A DNA stretch of 64,000 nt from the human T2T-CHM13v2.0 reference genome, Homo sapiens, in NCBI RefSeq assembly GCF_009914755.1, contig NC_060940.1; one strand, 5' to 3'. Below are positions 14,342 through 35,710 of the stretch, one piece after another. The position numbers and the translations under genes are program-made. The notes under the pieces are model-generated. The model saw only the letters and a list, made by a program, of their open reading frames with translations, searched no databases and was not told where the DNA came from. Positions within the stretch are counted from its first letter, which is position 1; each line of letters opens with the position of its first letter.

Positions 14342-14922
14342 ACAGCATGGCCTGGCTACTGTACTGAGAATGGACTGGAGGGGGCAAACATGGGAAGAGG
14401 GAGACTAGTCAGGATGCCATGGCAAATGATCCACACAAGAGACAACAGCAGCTTTGACCAGGGTGGCCGCAGTGGAAGTGGTGAGAAATGGAGAGAGTGC
14501 CAGAATTTAGCTTTTGTGATGTGAATTCAAGACGTCGATTAGACTTCGAAGTAGTAGCCATTGGCCAAGAGGCAGATGCTGATTGTCCGTGATGAGCCCC
14601 TGGTTCCTGTGCTCTGTCTCTTCTGCCTGTTACTACCTGGCTGCCACACACTTGTTGAGGATGCAGTTGGATGTAGGGGAGAAATGATGCTACAATCTGG
14701 AGATGATGGGGACAGACCTGGCTGTCCTACCCAGAGCCTGGACCAGAGACTCTCATGTCTAATAGAGACCCAGCTCCAGGGAGCTGTACTCTCCCATCAT
14801 TTTCCTGTCCCAAGCAGAAGCCCAGGGTTTAGAGCGAACAGTATGTGGGGCAAGTTGTGTTCATAGTTCAATATGCAAATGTTCTCTATAGCCTTTTGCT
14901 AGGATTTCACACACCATATATC

Positions 14923-15084
14923 CAGGATCAGATACATAATTTGCAGGGCCCAGTGCAAAATCAAATTGCAGGACCTTTTCTTCAAAAATGATTAAGAATT
15001 TCAAGATGGGGACAACAGAGCATTAAACCAACCACAGGGACCTGTGTGATTTACACAGGTCACACATCCACAAGCTCAGCCCTG
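14923..15084 (-). mobile_element. MER45A-like hAT-Tip100 MITE
   Basis: tacataatttgcagggcccagtgcaaaat...aagaatttcaagatg...cagagcattaaacc...gccctg. Confidence 0.7.
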
Positions 15085-15898
15085 CCTATAACTGAAAGAT
15101 GTTTCAAAATCACTTCTGGAGCTTAGGAGCGAAGTTCCTGTTGTCTGTGAGAAAGAAGAGGACATAATCCTAGATTAACAGAATCTTAAATGACAATTTC
15201 CACTTCTACCACCTGAATTGGAAATACTTATTTGTCTGGTGGACACCCTGATGAAAGTGGATATTATAAGAAAAGACTGCCAGAGCCTTCCAGGTGATCT
15301 TGAAATCTGGGTCAAGCAGTATTCCCGGATAGGATGCCTACAGAAACCCTGGGGCAATGCATGAGGAAACTGCTGGAAGGAGAAAGTTCTTTGTGGCAAC
15401 CCAGGGACAAACCAAGAGAAGTAACTGGGTGATGTGCCAGGTAGTAGTGTTGCAGCAATGAACAAAGTGCCAGCAGCCCCCACACTGAGCTAACCCAGTC
15501 TGATATGGTGACCACAAATAAGTCCTGTGAGGCCTGAGGGTGGGAGGAGATGAACAGTGACATAAGTGTGCAGAAATGAGGACAAGACAGGGTCCTGCCA
15601 CAGGCGAAGGGGTGGGGTTTTAGGGATGCTGCCTAGGAAGGGACTGGAGGGACAAGATGAGTTTGGGGGTCTTGTAGAGGATTTGATGCTGAAAATAACT
15701 CTTTAGAGATAGTAATCCTTTCAGATGCTTCCCACAGTCCACATGGGATTCTGTCTCCCAGCCAGTCAAATCTGGCCTGACCCTCTCCATTTTTTCCTTA
15801 TGATCTTTGCCCTAGTCTCTCCCATTTGATCTGAGGTCCTCCAGAAGCCATCCATGGCCCCACTGAGCCCCAGGAAGCTTTGAATTGTTTAGTAAGCA

Positions 15899-16800
15899 TA
15901 TCAATCATGGTCCATTCAGGAAAACAGCAACCACAATAGTTATCTTAGCAGAGAGAATTTAACAGAGAGAATTAACAAATACTGGAGGAAAGGACAAAAG
16001 ACAGACATTGTAACTTCAGGAAGTAACTCCCACCCCAAGGACTGGGAGAACAAGGGGGAGAGGTGGGTTTATTAGAACCTAGGAATAGATAGGGGAGTCT
16101 AGGGGGAAACCTCAGCTCAGGCTTCCGAGGAGAGGGCACTGCCAGGCGGGTGCTGGTGCCTTAGAAGGTGGATGGATGGTCCTGAGAGCCAGGACCCAGA
16201 TCCTTATGGAGTGGGCACTGCCTGGCTGCTGCTGCTTTCTCTGATGGGGGTGATGAAGCTGGCTTGGGGAGCATAAAAAGTGTCACTCTCAGAGGGCCAG
16301 GCACAATGGCTCATGCCTCTAATCCCAGCACTGTTGGAGGCCGAGGCGGGTGGGTTGCTTGAGTCCAGGAGTTCAAGACCAGCCTGGGCAACATGGCAAA
16401 ACCCTGTCTCTACAAAAAAACAAAAACAAAAATTAGCCAGGCGTGGTAGATTGGGCCTGTGATCCCAGCTACTTGGGAGGCTGAGGTGGGAGGATCGCTT
16501 GAGTCTGGGAGGTGGCTATAACCGACACAGTGCCACTGCACTCCAGCCTGGGCGACAGAGCCAGACCCTGACTCAAAAAAAAAAAAAAAAAAAAAAAAAA
16601 GTGTCACTCTCAGGGTAAAGAACAGATGCTGTGGTGACGTTGGCGGGAATGGAGAGCAGAACAGGATGAAGCTGCTGCCTTCTCCCATCTTCCAGCATTT
16701 CAGTCTCCCTCTAGTGCCACTTAGTGGTGCTTGGGCTCTGCCGAGAACCCAAGGTGGAGCCGCTGAGGGCAGAAACGTGGATTCCAGAGTCCCTTGATCT
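15899..16800 (-). mobile_element. Old ERVL-type LTR (LTR40/41-like), interrupted by an Alu
   Basis: tatcaatcatggtccattcagg..aaccaca start is typical of antisense ERVL LTRs; highly diverged. Confidence 0.4.
16295..16600 (+). mobile_element. AluJ-type SINE
   Basis: Dimer; TSD aaaaagtgtcactctcag. Confidence 0.95.
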
Positions 16801-17169
16801 TGATCTGAATGTGCCCCATGCCCCTAGCTGAGTGCACATCTTCTTGTCCTCTCTGATAGCCAGGGCCACACAGCCGCTAGCTCCGTATCCCCCACCCCAA
16901 GAACTCCAAGCATTACTGCCTGCCCTGCTTCCAGAAGTAGCACACCCAAGAAATTCAAGCGAGAGCCCCTATCTCTAACAGACCCTGCTCCGTCCCTATT
17001 TTGGAGCACTGAGAGTTTTTCTATTCCTCCCCCTGTTCCTTCTAAACCAAAAAAGTTCATGGTCTTGTTGAAAAGCCCATTTCCCTAAGAAACCTCCTCT
17101 ACTCTATATACACACATTGGTCCTGACTTCATAGTCTAGTAACCTCAAGATGAAGTTTCCCCTTCATCT

Positions 17170-19597
<2,428 letters not shown>

Positions 19598-19774
19598 AAT
19601 CCTCTTCATCTTGATAAGGTATCTCCAAGATAATTTCTCTCTACCTTAGAGATAAGGAAAATGTGACATGAGAACAGCCAGATGAATATTTGTCCAAAGA
19701 GTAGTCTGATTCTCATGCAGCCTTGGGGAGAAGCCATAGACAGGACTGAGGTGCCATGCTGTCTTTCCCAAAGT

Positions 19775-20218
19775 GTGACGGTAGCAGACCTGGTGCCCTG
19801 CCCGTATTTTCTTTCCTGGGCTGGTACACCTTGCCCTCTAGCTCCTGGGTGTTGCCACTGCTCACACCTACCTCTTTCTCTTGCTCTTGGTGGATAGAGC
19901 GCCTTGTCTGGAGATGCCTTGAAGGTTATGCACCATCTTCAGGGCGCAGCCTGTGGCCAATGACTAATGGAGGTGGGTATGTAACAGCCCAGCCCCCTTA
20001 TCTTGGCAGGGGTACAGGGGCAACCTCTGTAGTAGAGTTTATTATACTCCAGTGGTCCCTGTGGGGTTGGGCTAAGGCTAAACTTAGCTTGAACTTGCAT
20101 CTTTGCTTGGCTTATTCCCTGCCCTATACAAGTTTCTCCAGAGATCCCTCCCTCAAAAATCATGTACACAAGAATCACCATTTCAGGTCTTGCTTCTGGA
20201 AAACCCAAACTATAACAG
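19775..20218 (+). mobile_element. ERVL LTR (LTR16-like)
   Basis: TG...CA bounded; gcagcctgtggccaatgact and caagaatc..tcaggtcttgcttctgg..acccaaacta.aaca terminus. Confidence 0.7.
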
Positions 20219-21039
20219 TGTCCCGTCCAACACCAGTCCTCTGAGATATTGATGAGAAATAAATTTAATGGCCAAGTAAATTTGAGCAACTCTGCAATTT
20301 TATTCTTCTCCTAGAGAGTCAAAATACCTATTAAAGGTCCTGAAAAATCCTGCAATGAAGAAACCTGCTTACCCTTGTTCCATCCTACCAACATCAGACA
20401 CTTTAGGGAGACCCATCCAGGCAATGTGCCTCAAGGAGCCAGTCAAGCTCAGAAGGAGTAGGAGAGGGGATAGGAAAGGGGTATTGGGCAGAATCACTAT
20501 TCTAGAGTATTCTAAGAAAACAGTCTATTCTAAGACTGGCTTTAAGGTTTGGGTTGGGTTTGGTTGAGGATTAGAGAGAGGGTTTGTTCTGTGGCTGGCC
20601 TGTAACCCTGGGGAAGCTTCCAGACCAGTGGTCTCTCAAGTCCAACCCTGAACACAAATGATGAGGTTAGAGCCAGCCCAATCCCCAGCATATGGGTGTG
20701 GAAGCCTCATGTGTCCTGGCCTGCTGGCTTTACTGTTAACCATTGTTATGACTCCCTCAGACCTTACTCTGCCCAAAGACTACACAGCATGACCATCTCT
20801 CCTCCTTTCACTGCCAAGCTGGAAGAATATTGTCTGACTAGAGAAAATTGGTAACTTTTTGTTAACTGACAAAGTCCCAGATCCAAATTCAGTCTAGGAG
20901 ACCAGTTTATCCTAATCCAGCTTCTCTTTTCTCTTCTCCATGAGGGTGTATGGGACTTAGGGTCTATTGACGAAGAGGGTTGACAGGTCCGCGGTGATGG
21001 GGAAAAGTGATACCAACACAAACATGGCAGATCTGTTCA

Positions 21040-21499
<460 letters not shown>

Positions 21500-21661
21500 T
21501 CACAATTCCACTTAAGATTATAAATCACATATGAAGTTTGCTTGAATAAGCCAGCTTATACTTCACAAATAGTTGAATTATCCCCAGATATTAAAAAAAA
21601 AAAGCCATGAGAATCAGTGGCTTGGATGTAGGAAAAAAATGTCCAGAAAGAAAAAAATAAA

Positions 21662-21976
21662 GGCCAGGCACAATGGCTCACACCTGTAATCCCAGCACTT
21701 TAGGGGGCCAAGGCGGGTGGATTACTTGAGGTCAGGAGTTCAAGACCAGCCTGGCCAACATGGTGAAACCCTGTCTCTACTAAAAATACAAAAAATTAGC
21801 ATGCACCTGTAGGCCCAGCTACTATGGAGGCTGAGGCACGAGAATTGCTTGAACCCAGGAGGCGTAGGTCACCGTGATCCAAGATTGCACCAGGGTACTC
21901 CTTACTCCAGCCTGGGTGACAGAGTGAGACTCTGTCTCAAAAAAATAAATAAAGAAAATAAAGAAAAAAATAAAAA
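21662..21976 (+). mobile_element. AluS-type SINE
   Basis: Dimer with a small deletion at the start of the right arm. Confidence 0.92.
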
Positions 21977-22118
21977 TATACTTGATGAGAATACAAGCCC
22001 GTGTTGACTGATGCACTAGCACAGTGAACTTGAATCATCCTGATTTTTGTAAGTGTGAGATGACCGATTGCCTAGGGCAGTGCTTTCAGAGGCCTGAGAC
22101 CAAGAAGATGGGAGTACA

Positions 22119-23712
<1,594 letters not shown>

Positions 23713-23723
23713 GCTCTTTGGGA

Positions 23724-23888
23724 TTTTTTTTTTTTTTTTTGAAACAGAGCCTCACTCTGTCACCCAGGCTGGAGTGCAGTGCCACAAACATGGCTCACTG
23801 CAGCCTTGACCTCCCAGGCTCAAGCCATCCTCCCACCCTCAGCCTCCCAGAGTGCTGATATTACAGGCATGAGCCACAACACCCGGCC
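23724..23888 (-). mobile_element. Alu monomer (FRAM-like or arm-recombined AluJ)
   Basis: ~165 bp; TSD tggacacag(c/t)tct. Confidence 0.8.
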
Positions 23889-24181
23889 TGGACACAGTTC
23901 TAATAAAAAGAGAGATAATAACAAGTGTTGGCAAGGATGTGGGGAAATGGGCGCCTCTTATGCTGCTGATAAAGTATATTGTACCAGAAATTAGGTGGGA
24001 GCCACAAAACATAAGCGACTCATAGAAACTTAAATTTTCTTGTAACCACATTTAAAAAGGTAAGAAGAAACAGGTGAAATTAATTTTAATACTATATTTC
24101 ATTTAACCCAACATACTCCAAATATGATCAAGGCAATATGTAATCAATATAGAAACTACATTTCACTAAACTATAGAAACC

Positions 24182-24302
24182 TTATTTCACCTGACTTGGA
24201 GCTCGCCCTATAGGGTAAGGTAGGGGGAGCCTTTTCCCCAAGTGCATTTGTCGATAACATTTAGAAGCAATTGCTTGATTTCACAGCTGCCTGAGATCAT
24301 GG
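24182..24302 (+). repeat. ~120-bp direct copy of 26296-26417
   Basis: ttatttcacctgacttggagctcgccc...gctgcctgagatcatgg is present at both loci. Confidence 0.92.
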
Positions 24303-24333
24303 TGAGAGATTTGATTTTATTTTTTAATGAAGA

Positions 24334-24632
<299 letters not shown>

Positions 24633-24879
24633 TAAATGTAGTAAGTCTTTAGAACCCAGTGCATGTTTCCTTTTACGCTTACAGCACATCTCAATCCAGA
24701 TAAGCCACATTTGTAGTGCTCAGTGGCTACCATATTGAGCAGCACAGACTTAGGGCATCTGCAAAATACAGTCGTTATCATGCTGAGCCCTTTATACCCA
24801 CATCCTTGTGACACAAACGATTAGAATCAGCCTGCTCTGCCTGCCTCGTGCTTCTGCCACCCTAGGTGATCCGCTAAAG

Positions 24880-25050
24880 GATTCACTGGAGTATTGTGTT
24901 TAATCTTCCCAGCAGTCCTGTAAATAAACACCATTATGATACTCACTTTCCCCATGAAGACACTGAGGATTAGAGATATTAGGAAACTAGCCCCAAGCTG
25001 CATAGCCACTGAGTGAGGTAGCCAAGCCAGAAAGCCTTAGGCAGAAACTT
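24880..25050 (-). mobile_element. MIR fragment
   Basis: Core catgaagacactgaggattagagat...ccccaagctgcatagcc. Confidence 0.6.
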
Positions 25051-25799
25051 TTCCCACAAACCGCCTCCACATGGTTTCCCCAAAGCCCCACATGCACCTT
25101 CTAAAGCAGGTTCCTATTACAGGGCATTTTGAAATAGAAGCCTATCTGTACCTTCTTTCAGGGTGAGTTAATAAAGATTTAGCTCTAAATATGCATGCAT
25201 TTTGGCCAAGTGAATTCTCACCACCACCACATCACTGGCTGCTTAAAATGTTATTAAGAAATCAGGTGTGGGCTTGATTGCATCCATCTATCCACTTTTA
25301 GTTCAGAAGTTAAAAGACTGTAATTTACTTTCCTATTGATTTGATTTATGATTTCCAGTTATGCAGGCTGTTGTTTTTCAAGCAGAGATCAGAACAGGAA
25401 ATGGCTGTTTCGACTTCTATCCATGTTTTGCAATGTGATTTAAATGGTTCTGAATTTTTGGCTTAGATGTGCCAAACTGCATTACCTTCAAACCTTCTCC
25501 AGTAGCTTGCAGGGTGCTATAGAACTAGCCACAAGCAGCGTCGTTCAGAAGCAGTTTAAGGAAAGCAAGGACCCCAAGTTCTTGTGGCAATTTCTATGCT
25601 ATCTGGCCATGGGATTCCTAAGATTAGCATGTTTTCTGTTTGCTTTGGGAAGGGGTAGAGAAAGCAAGGAAAAAAGTGATATGATCCTTGTCTGCAGATT
25701 CTAAAGGCCTTAGAACTTCTGGTATCATGTAAATTCTGTTGTTTTGCTGGCTCAGTAAGGTTGATTTTTTAAATGTGGCGACCAAACAATGACTTTAAG

Positions 25800-25922
25800 T
25801 AGCAGTTTCTCAAATTTTAGGATTTGGTACAAATCACTTAGATGCTTATAAAAATACAGATTTTTCACTCTAACCCTCTGGAATATTGATTCAGTATATT
25901 TGAGGTGGGGCCTAAGAATCTA
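25800..25922. mobile_element. MER5-like hAT-Charlie fragment
   Basis: cagtttctcaaa...aaatacagatt...tgattcagta...ggtggggcctaagaatct. Confidence 0.6.
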
Positions 25923-28440
25923 CAGAACTTCCAAAAATTCTGTTCTCCATAGGGCAGTGAGAAAACTGGCAAAAATCATCAGGATCAACTTTTTTTTGGA
26001 ATTCTAGAAATTAACCAAATGGTTGCAGCAATCCAGGAAGCATTTATTCAAGAAAAATGGCTCTTGGTAAGGACAGCTAGCATTGTGGTGTTTTTACTTG
26101 CTCCAGTCTTAACCCCTTCCCTCCAACTCCATGGTAACCTTGAAAACCAACAGCTTGCACTCATGAGGAAATCCAGTGGTCCGGCAGCCACCAGAAGGGG
26201 CTGAGGTTGGAGCACCTTTGAAGTCTATTTCCCAGAGAATTCTCATCATTTGACCTATCTAGTTGTTCCCCGGAAAACCACTTGCAAAGCTTTCTTTATT
26301 TCACCTGACTTGGAGCTCGCCCCATGTGGTAGGGTAGAGGGGGGCCTTTTCCCCAAGTGCATTTGTCAATAACATTTAGAAGCAATTGTTTGATTTCATG
26401 GCTGCCTGAGATCATGGATAACAGCCAGGTCAAACAACAGGCTTAACAAAAAGGCTTAAGAGGAAAAGCCTGGGAATGAGATTTTCAGAGAGCTTTGATA
26501 AGCTCTGATATATTCCCAGGAATCTAGAAGGCCAGGCATGTGTAGAGTTGTGTCCATGCTCAAGAATGACATGAGAAATCCCTAGGTTGTCACCTCTGGC
26601 TGACTTTGAGGCTCTGCACAAATGGGAAGTGAAGGCTAAGGTGGAGTTGCCAATTGTACACTCCATTGCTTATTGAAAGCACACTCCAACATGCACACAA
26701 AACCCCTTAACAAAGACTTACTGGTTCCAGTTATTTAAGGAAGTCTCTGTCCAATCACTAGTTAACCACTAAACAAACCACATAGAAGCTTCAGTGGCTA
26801 ACACAACCAAGGAATACAGACTTTATAAAATTACTTCAGAAATGTCATTAAACAAATTAACAAGAATAGCAGCAACAACAAAATCTGGTGGGAGAGTGAA
26901 GAAAGATCTTATTTCCAGAGTTGCCATATTATGTTACTTAAAATATCCAGTTTTCACTTAAAGATGAGACACACAAATAAACAAAAAAGTATAATCCATA
27001 CACAGGGAAAAATAATCAATAGAAATTGTCCCTGAGGAAGTCCAGATGTTGGACTTACTAAAGATTTCCAATTATTTTCCTTCAACATGTTCAAATAAAT
27101 GAAGGCATTTACAATGAACTAAAGAAAAGTTTGAGAATAATGTCTCATAAAATAGATACTATCAAAAGATAAAATTATAAAAATAACCAAATATAATTTC
27201 TGAAGTGGAAAAGCACAATAACTGAAATGAAAAATTTACTAGAGGAGCTCAACAGCAGATTTGAGTAGCCAGAAGAAAGAATCAGACAACCTGAAGATAG
27301 ATCAATTGAGACTATCCAGCCTGAGGACAAGCAAGAAAAATGAATGGAAAGAAAAATGAGCAGAGCCTTGGAGACCTGTAGAACACCGTAAGTATCCCAA
27401 CAAACACATAATAAGACCCAGAAAAAAGGATAGAAAGGAACAAAAAGAATATTTGCAGCCTGGGCAACATGGCAAAACCCCATCTCTAAAAAAAAAATAC
27501 AAAAATTAGCTGGAGGTGGTAGTGCACACTTGGGGTCCCAGCTACTTGGAAGGCTGAGGTGGGAGGATTGCTTGAGCTCAGGAAGCAAAGGTTGCAGTGA
27601 GCCAAGATGGCACCGGCCTTGGTGACAGTAAGACCTTGTCTTAAAAATAATTTTTGAAGAAATAATAGCCGAAAACGCCCCAGTTTAAAATTTACACATC
27701 CAAGCCTAACAAACTCCAAGTAGAATAAACAGAAAAAGAACCACACCAAGACACATCATAATCAGATTGTTGAAAGACAAAGCGAGAATCTCAAAAGTAG
27801 CAAGAGAAAATTGACTCTTTACATTCACAAGAGCCTTGTAATATCAATAGCTGATTTCTCATTAGGAACCACAGAGGCCAGACAAAAGAAAAAACATTGT
27901 CAACTAAGAATTCTATATCTGACAAAACTATCTTTTAAAAATGAAGGAGAAATTAAGATGTTCTCAGATAAACAAAACCTCAAAGGATTCATTACTAGCA
28001 ATCCTGCCCTATAACAAATATTAAGAGAGTCCTTTAGCCTGAAATGAAGACTCTAGACAGTAGTAACTTGAATTCATTTGAAGAAATAAGAGCATTTGTA
28101 AAGAAAACTGCTTAAACATAAAAGGCAGTATTAATGTATTTTTGTTGTAACTCTTTATCTCTTATCTGAAAAGACAATTGTGTAAAGCAAAATTATAAAT
28201 CAGTGTTAATGTGCACATAATCTATAAAGATATAATCTGTAAGACAATAATGACACAAAGGAGGAAGGGGAGAATAAAGATTTTGTGTAATACTGACATA
28301 AAGATGTATTAATCAGATCTAGATTCCAATAAGATGTTCATTATAATTACCGGGGCAACCAACTCAAAACATATAGAAGTGACAAAAGAATTGAAATGGC
28401 ACATTAGAATATATCTATTTAACACAAACAAAGGCAGTAA
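25923..28440 (+). mobile_element. Old L1M (L1MC/MD-type) 5'UTR plus ORF1 remnant
   Basis: ORF 27811-28014 (RILYLTKLSFKNEGEIKMFSDKQNLKGFITSNPAL) resembles the L1 ORF1p C-terminal domain. Confidence 0.8.
27456..27650 (+). mobile_element. 5'-truncated AluJ
   Basis: Starts at cagcctgggcaacatgg; right arm present. Confidence 0.85.
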
Positions 28441-28744
28441 TGGAGATGTGTTTGAGTAAGCAGACCAAGGATCTTGGGGAAGAGAACGTGCAGCGTGAGA
28501 AGATAAGTAGGAGATTTGCGCAACATTCTAATAAATCAGACCCAGCCTTGTTAGCTAAGGCAGGGAGTTTGGAGTCTGTTCAAAGGGCAAAAGTGCGATG
28601 GATTCTGTTGTCTCTATCTCTGTGTCTCTCTCTAATCAAGAGAATGAACAGCAGGCAGAGTCTTGAGTGTATCTCCTGTCTTCTAGAGACCCCCAACTGA
28701 TGCAAGCATATTTCTTAATGTTATTTTAAAAATTATTTTATTTC

Positions 28745-29150
28745 ATTTTTTGAGACAGGGTCTTGCTCTGTTGCCCAGGCTGGAGTACAATGGCACAATC
28801 ACAGCTCACTGCAGCCTCAACTTCCTGATCTCGGGTGATCCTCCCACTTCAGCTTTCCAAGTAGCTGGGACTACAGGGACACACCACCATGGCTTGCTAA
28901 TTTTTTGTAGAGATGGAGTTTTGTCACGTTGCCCAGGCTGGTCTCCAACTCTTGGGCTCAAGCGATCTCCCCGCCTCGGCCTCCCAAAGTGCTGGGATTA
29001 CAGGTGTGAGCCACCACACCTGGCTAATTTTGATAGAGATGGGGTTTCACCATGTTGCCCATGTTGGTCTTGAACTCCTGGGCTCAAACGATCCTCCCAC
29101 CTTGGCCTCCCAAAATGTTGGAATTACAGGTGTGAGCCACTGAGCTCGGG
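28745..29150 (-). mobile_element. AluJ with an extra left arm (three monomers)
   Basis: Right arm plus two left arms, within a single TSD ctgatgcaa. Confidence 0.8.
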
Positions 29151-29796
29151 TCTGATGCAAATATAAACAAACAGTGTGTAGAACCAAACTAAGAAAGTCC
29201 AGCTTGGTTTAGACCATCAAATAATTATTCAAGGAAGAACAACTTCTTTGAATGCATAAGAATAATTTATAATGAGCTACTGTGGTATGTTTTTAGAGAG
29301 GTGAACCTTTTGTTTCTGTGTAAGTTTCAATGATTTTCCTGCATTCTTGCTCACACTGTTCGTTTATTGATTTGCATTTTGTGTGAAGTCAAATGTCTAC
29401 TTGGATTTCCTCTGGATTATCACAGTGCTGAATTAATGAAGCTTAACTTCATAAAATACATCTTGCTGATGGCCTGACCCAGGATTTATCCTTTCTTAAT
29501 CTCTTGGTGTGAGTCATCAAAGATGGAGCCCCACTAATCCTTGCTCTTCATCCCTGTTGCCAGAAGCAGGCACATGGGGCAGGTTCCTGCAGGCATGTCA
29601 CCCTGAGTGCTGAATAACTAACGACCTGGACAGGGAGAGGGTTACCATGCTTGAAAAGCAGTTGTGGAAGGACTCACAGTGGAATTCATAGGAAGCTCCC
29701 GAGAGAGTTGAAGGCTTACACCTCACACTTCACAGGGGGATATCCCTTTCTTTAATCACACTTCTAAGAATGAAATTTCATTTCCCATGCCCTGAA

Positions 29797-30115
29797 TTTT
29801 TTTTTTTTTTTTTTTTGAGACAGGGTGTCACTCTATTGCCCAGGCTGGAGTGCAGTGGTGCAATCATGGCTCACTGTAGCCTTAAATCCCTGGGCTCAAG
29901 TGATCCTCCCACCTCAGCCTCCTGAGTAGCTGGGACCACAGGCACACACTACCACGCCGGGCTAATTAATGTTTTTTTTGTTTGTTTGTTTGTTTTTGTA
30001 CAGAAGGAGTTTCGCCACATTGCCCAGGCTGGTCTCAAACTCCTGGGCTCAAGAGATCTGTCTGCCTCGGCCTCCCAAAGTGCTGGGATTACAGCTGTGA
30101 GCCACCACTGCCTTG
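29797..30115 (-). mobile_element. AluJ-type SINE
   Basis: Antisense dimer. Confidence 0.92.
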
Positions 30116-30784
30116 CCTATCAGAGCTTCTTACAAGCACACCTAGCAAGTGAAAAGGAGAAAAATTTAATGGGAAACTTCCTCTCCACCCCACTTTCTAC
30201 AATTCTAACATATTGATTTTCCTCCTATTTCCCACTTTTAGTCTTTCCTTCTATAAAAGGTATGTTGACCGCTTAAAAGTATTCATTTATTTGTTCCTTC
30301 AACAAGCATTTACTAATGCACCACCCCACGCTTTGGGTATGCAAAGATGACTATGTTAGTCATAACTCTTGGCCTCAAGCCGCAGAAAACAACTCTACAC
30401 AGAAAGGGAATATTCTGGAAGAAGCAGATGGGCGTCAAGGGCTTGGAAAATGATCAGGAAACAGGACTGCGGCAGAGGACTAGGGAACAGGAAGATAACC
30501 ACTATTTTTCAGCAGAAGCCATTTGGTCAGGATGCTACTACCAATGCCACCACAGGGTACCTCTGCTGGACACCACCATCCCTGTGAATGATGCCCAACT
30601 GTTTGTCTTTGTGCCACTTGTTCAAGATTCTGTGCCCCAGGAAGGAGAAAGTGATTGGCCAAGCCAGGACCCATGTCCACGCCCTGGTCACTTGAGACAG
30701 GGAAAGGGTGTTTCTTATCCTTTCATACTTCAAAGGTGGGAGGGAAAACATACAGTGGTGGGGGAGCTCAAATTTAGGAAGGGA

Positions 30785-31085
30785 GGCTGGGCGCGGTGAC
30801 TCGTGCCTGTAATCCCAGCACTTTGGGAGGCAAGCGGATCGCTTGAGCCCAGGAGTTCAAGACCAGACCAGCCTTAGCAACAGAACGAGAATCTCTACAA
30901 AAAAAATCTCTACAAAAAAATACAAAAATTAGCTGAGCATGGTGGCATGCACCTGCAGCCCCAGCTACTCCAGAGGCTAAGGTAGGAGGATCACTTGGGC
31001 CCAGGAAGATGGAGGCTACAGTGAGCCATGATTGTGCCACTGCGTTCCAGCCTCGGTGACAGAGTGAGATCCTGTCTCAAAAAAA
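30785..31085 (+). mobile_element. AluJ-type SINE
   Basis: Dimer with duplicated aatctctacaaaaaaa linker. Confidence 0.9.
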
Positions 31086-31086
31086 T

Positions 31087-31096
31087 ATAGATAGAT

Positions 31097-31139
<43 letters not shown>
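31087..31139. repeat. (AGAT)n tetranucleotide microsatellite
   Basis: About 12 TAGA units at the Alu tail. Confidence 0.95.
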
Positions 31140-31309
31140 GAAGGGAAGTTTGGAGGCTTGGCAACCAAAAACAACAATGACACATTTCAATAAGCATGGC
31201 ACTGACCTTGTCCTTGAAAAGTGCCCCATCTTGAAGGAGAGAAAGACAGTAAATAAACCAAACCCAACACAGAATAATAAACGCTGTGCTAGAGACATGA
31301 TCAAGACAA

Positions 31310-31530
31310 AGCTCCCCGGAGTCAGATGAGCAGGAGATAAATCTTGGTTCTGTGAGGTGTAAGCTGTGTGAGCTTGAAAAGGCATTTAACCTCTAGTTAC
31401 CTTCTCACTTGTAAAGAGAAGTTAATAATAGTAATGCCTTCAGAGGCTATAATGAAATGAAGTATGGCAAGCAGACAGCATCATGCCTGATACACTGGAT
31501 CACCCCAATCAATGTTAGCAATGATGGGTA
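31310..31530 (+). mobile_element. MIR fragment
   Basis: agctgtgtgagcttg..ggcatttaacctct...cttgtaaa...ataatagta. Confidence 0.6.
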
Positions 31531-31579
31531 CCTCAGAGAGCTATGGGCATGCTATAGATTTTCGCTGAAAATCTATAGT

Positions 31580-32155
<576 letters not shown>

Positions 32156-32429
32156 ATGCTGAAAGGTCTTTTGTTCACTCACACAAAACTGAGGCCCTGG
32201 GGCTCTATCTACTCACATTTTCCTAGAAAACAGATTCATTTGAACTTGATTTGCCTTTGGAAGTGGATAAGTGACTCTGCCTGAAAGCGAGGCATAACTG
32301 CAGTCATCTCTTCCAGATTTCTTCCCAGTTCCTTGTTTAATTCAGAAAGTGGAGTGGGTGCAGCAGTAGCTGGTCATGATACTTGCATCAGATTCTCAGA
32401 AGGTTGGGCAACTTCAAAAACAAAGTCGG

Positions 32430-33008
<579 letters not shown>

Positions 33009-33296
33009 GGGAGCGTCTACATTCTGCAGTAGAAGGAAGCTGTGCAGAAGGAGCCTTCAAGAATCAGGATGTCAGGGGAGGACCTGGAATGGCAGGCACA
33101 TACCCAAATATGGACGTCCAAAGAAACGAGCTGAAGTTGAAGAATATTGCCCCCCTCCCCAATGGCCCTCCACCACCCAGCCATTATCTAATATTCTGGG
33201 ATTGTTTAGGGAAAATGTTTTTCTTCATTTCCACTGGCTTATTTTATGATCTCTACTAAGTCAGAATCACTTCACATCTTGGTTTTGTTCTCCAAA

Positions 33297-33770
<474 letters not shown>

Positions 33771-33774
33771 AATT

Positions 33775-34063
<289 letters not shown>

Positions 34064-34187
34064 AAAACAGGCCATTTACCCTCTGTGGAGTCTAGACTTT
34101 CTTGCTGTCTTGTTCTTTGCCTCATTGACTTTATGCTGTATTTTCTGGGCCAGAGGAAAAAGCTACAGTGCCTTTTGTTTTGTTTTT

Positions 34188-34915
<728 letters not shown>

Positions 34916-34936
34916 GGTGAAGAGGGGTGCATGACT

Positions 34937-35710
<774 letters not shown>

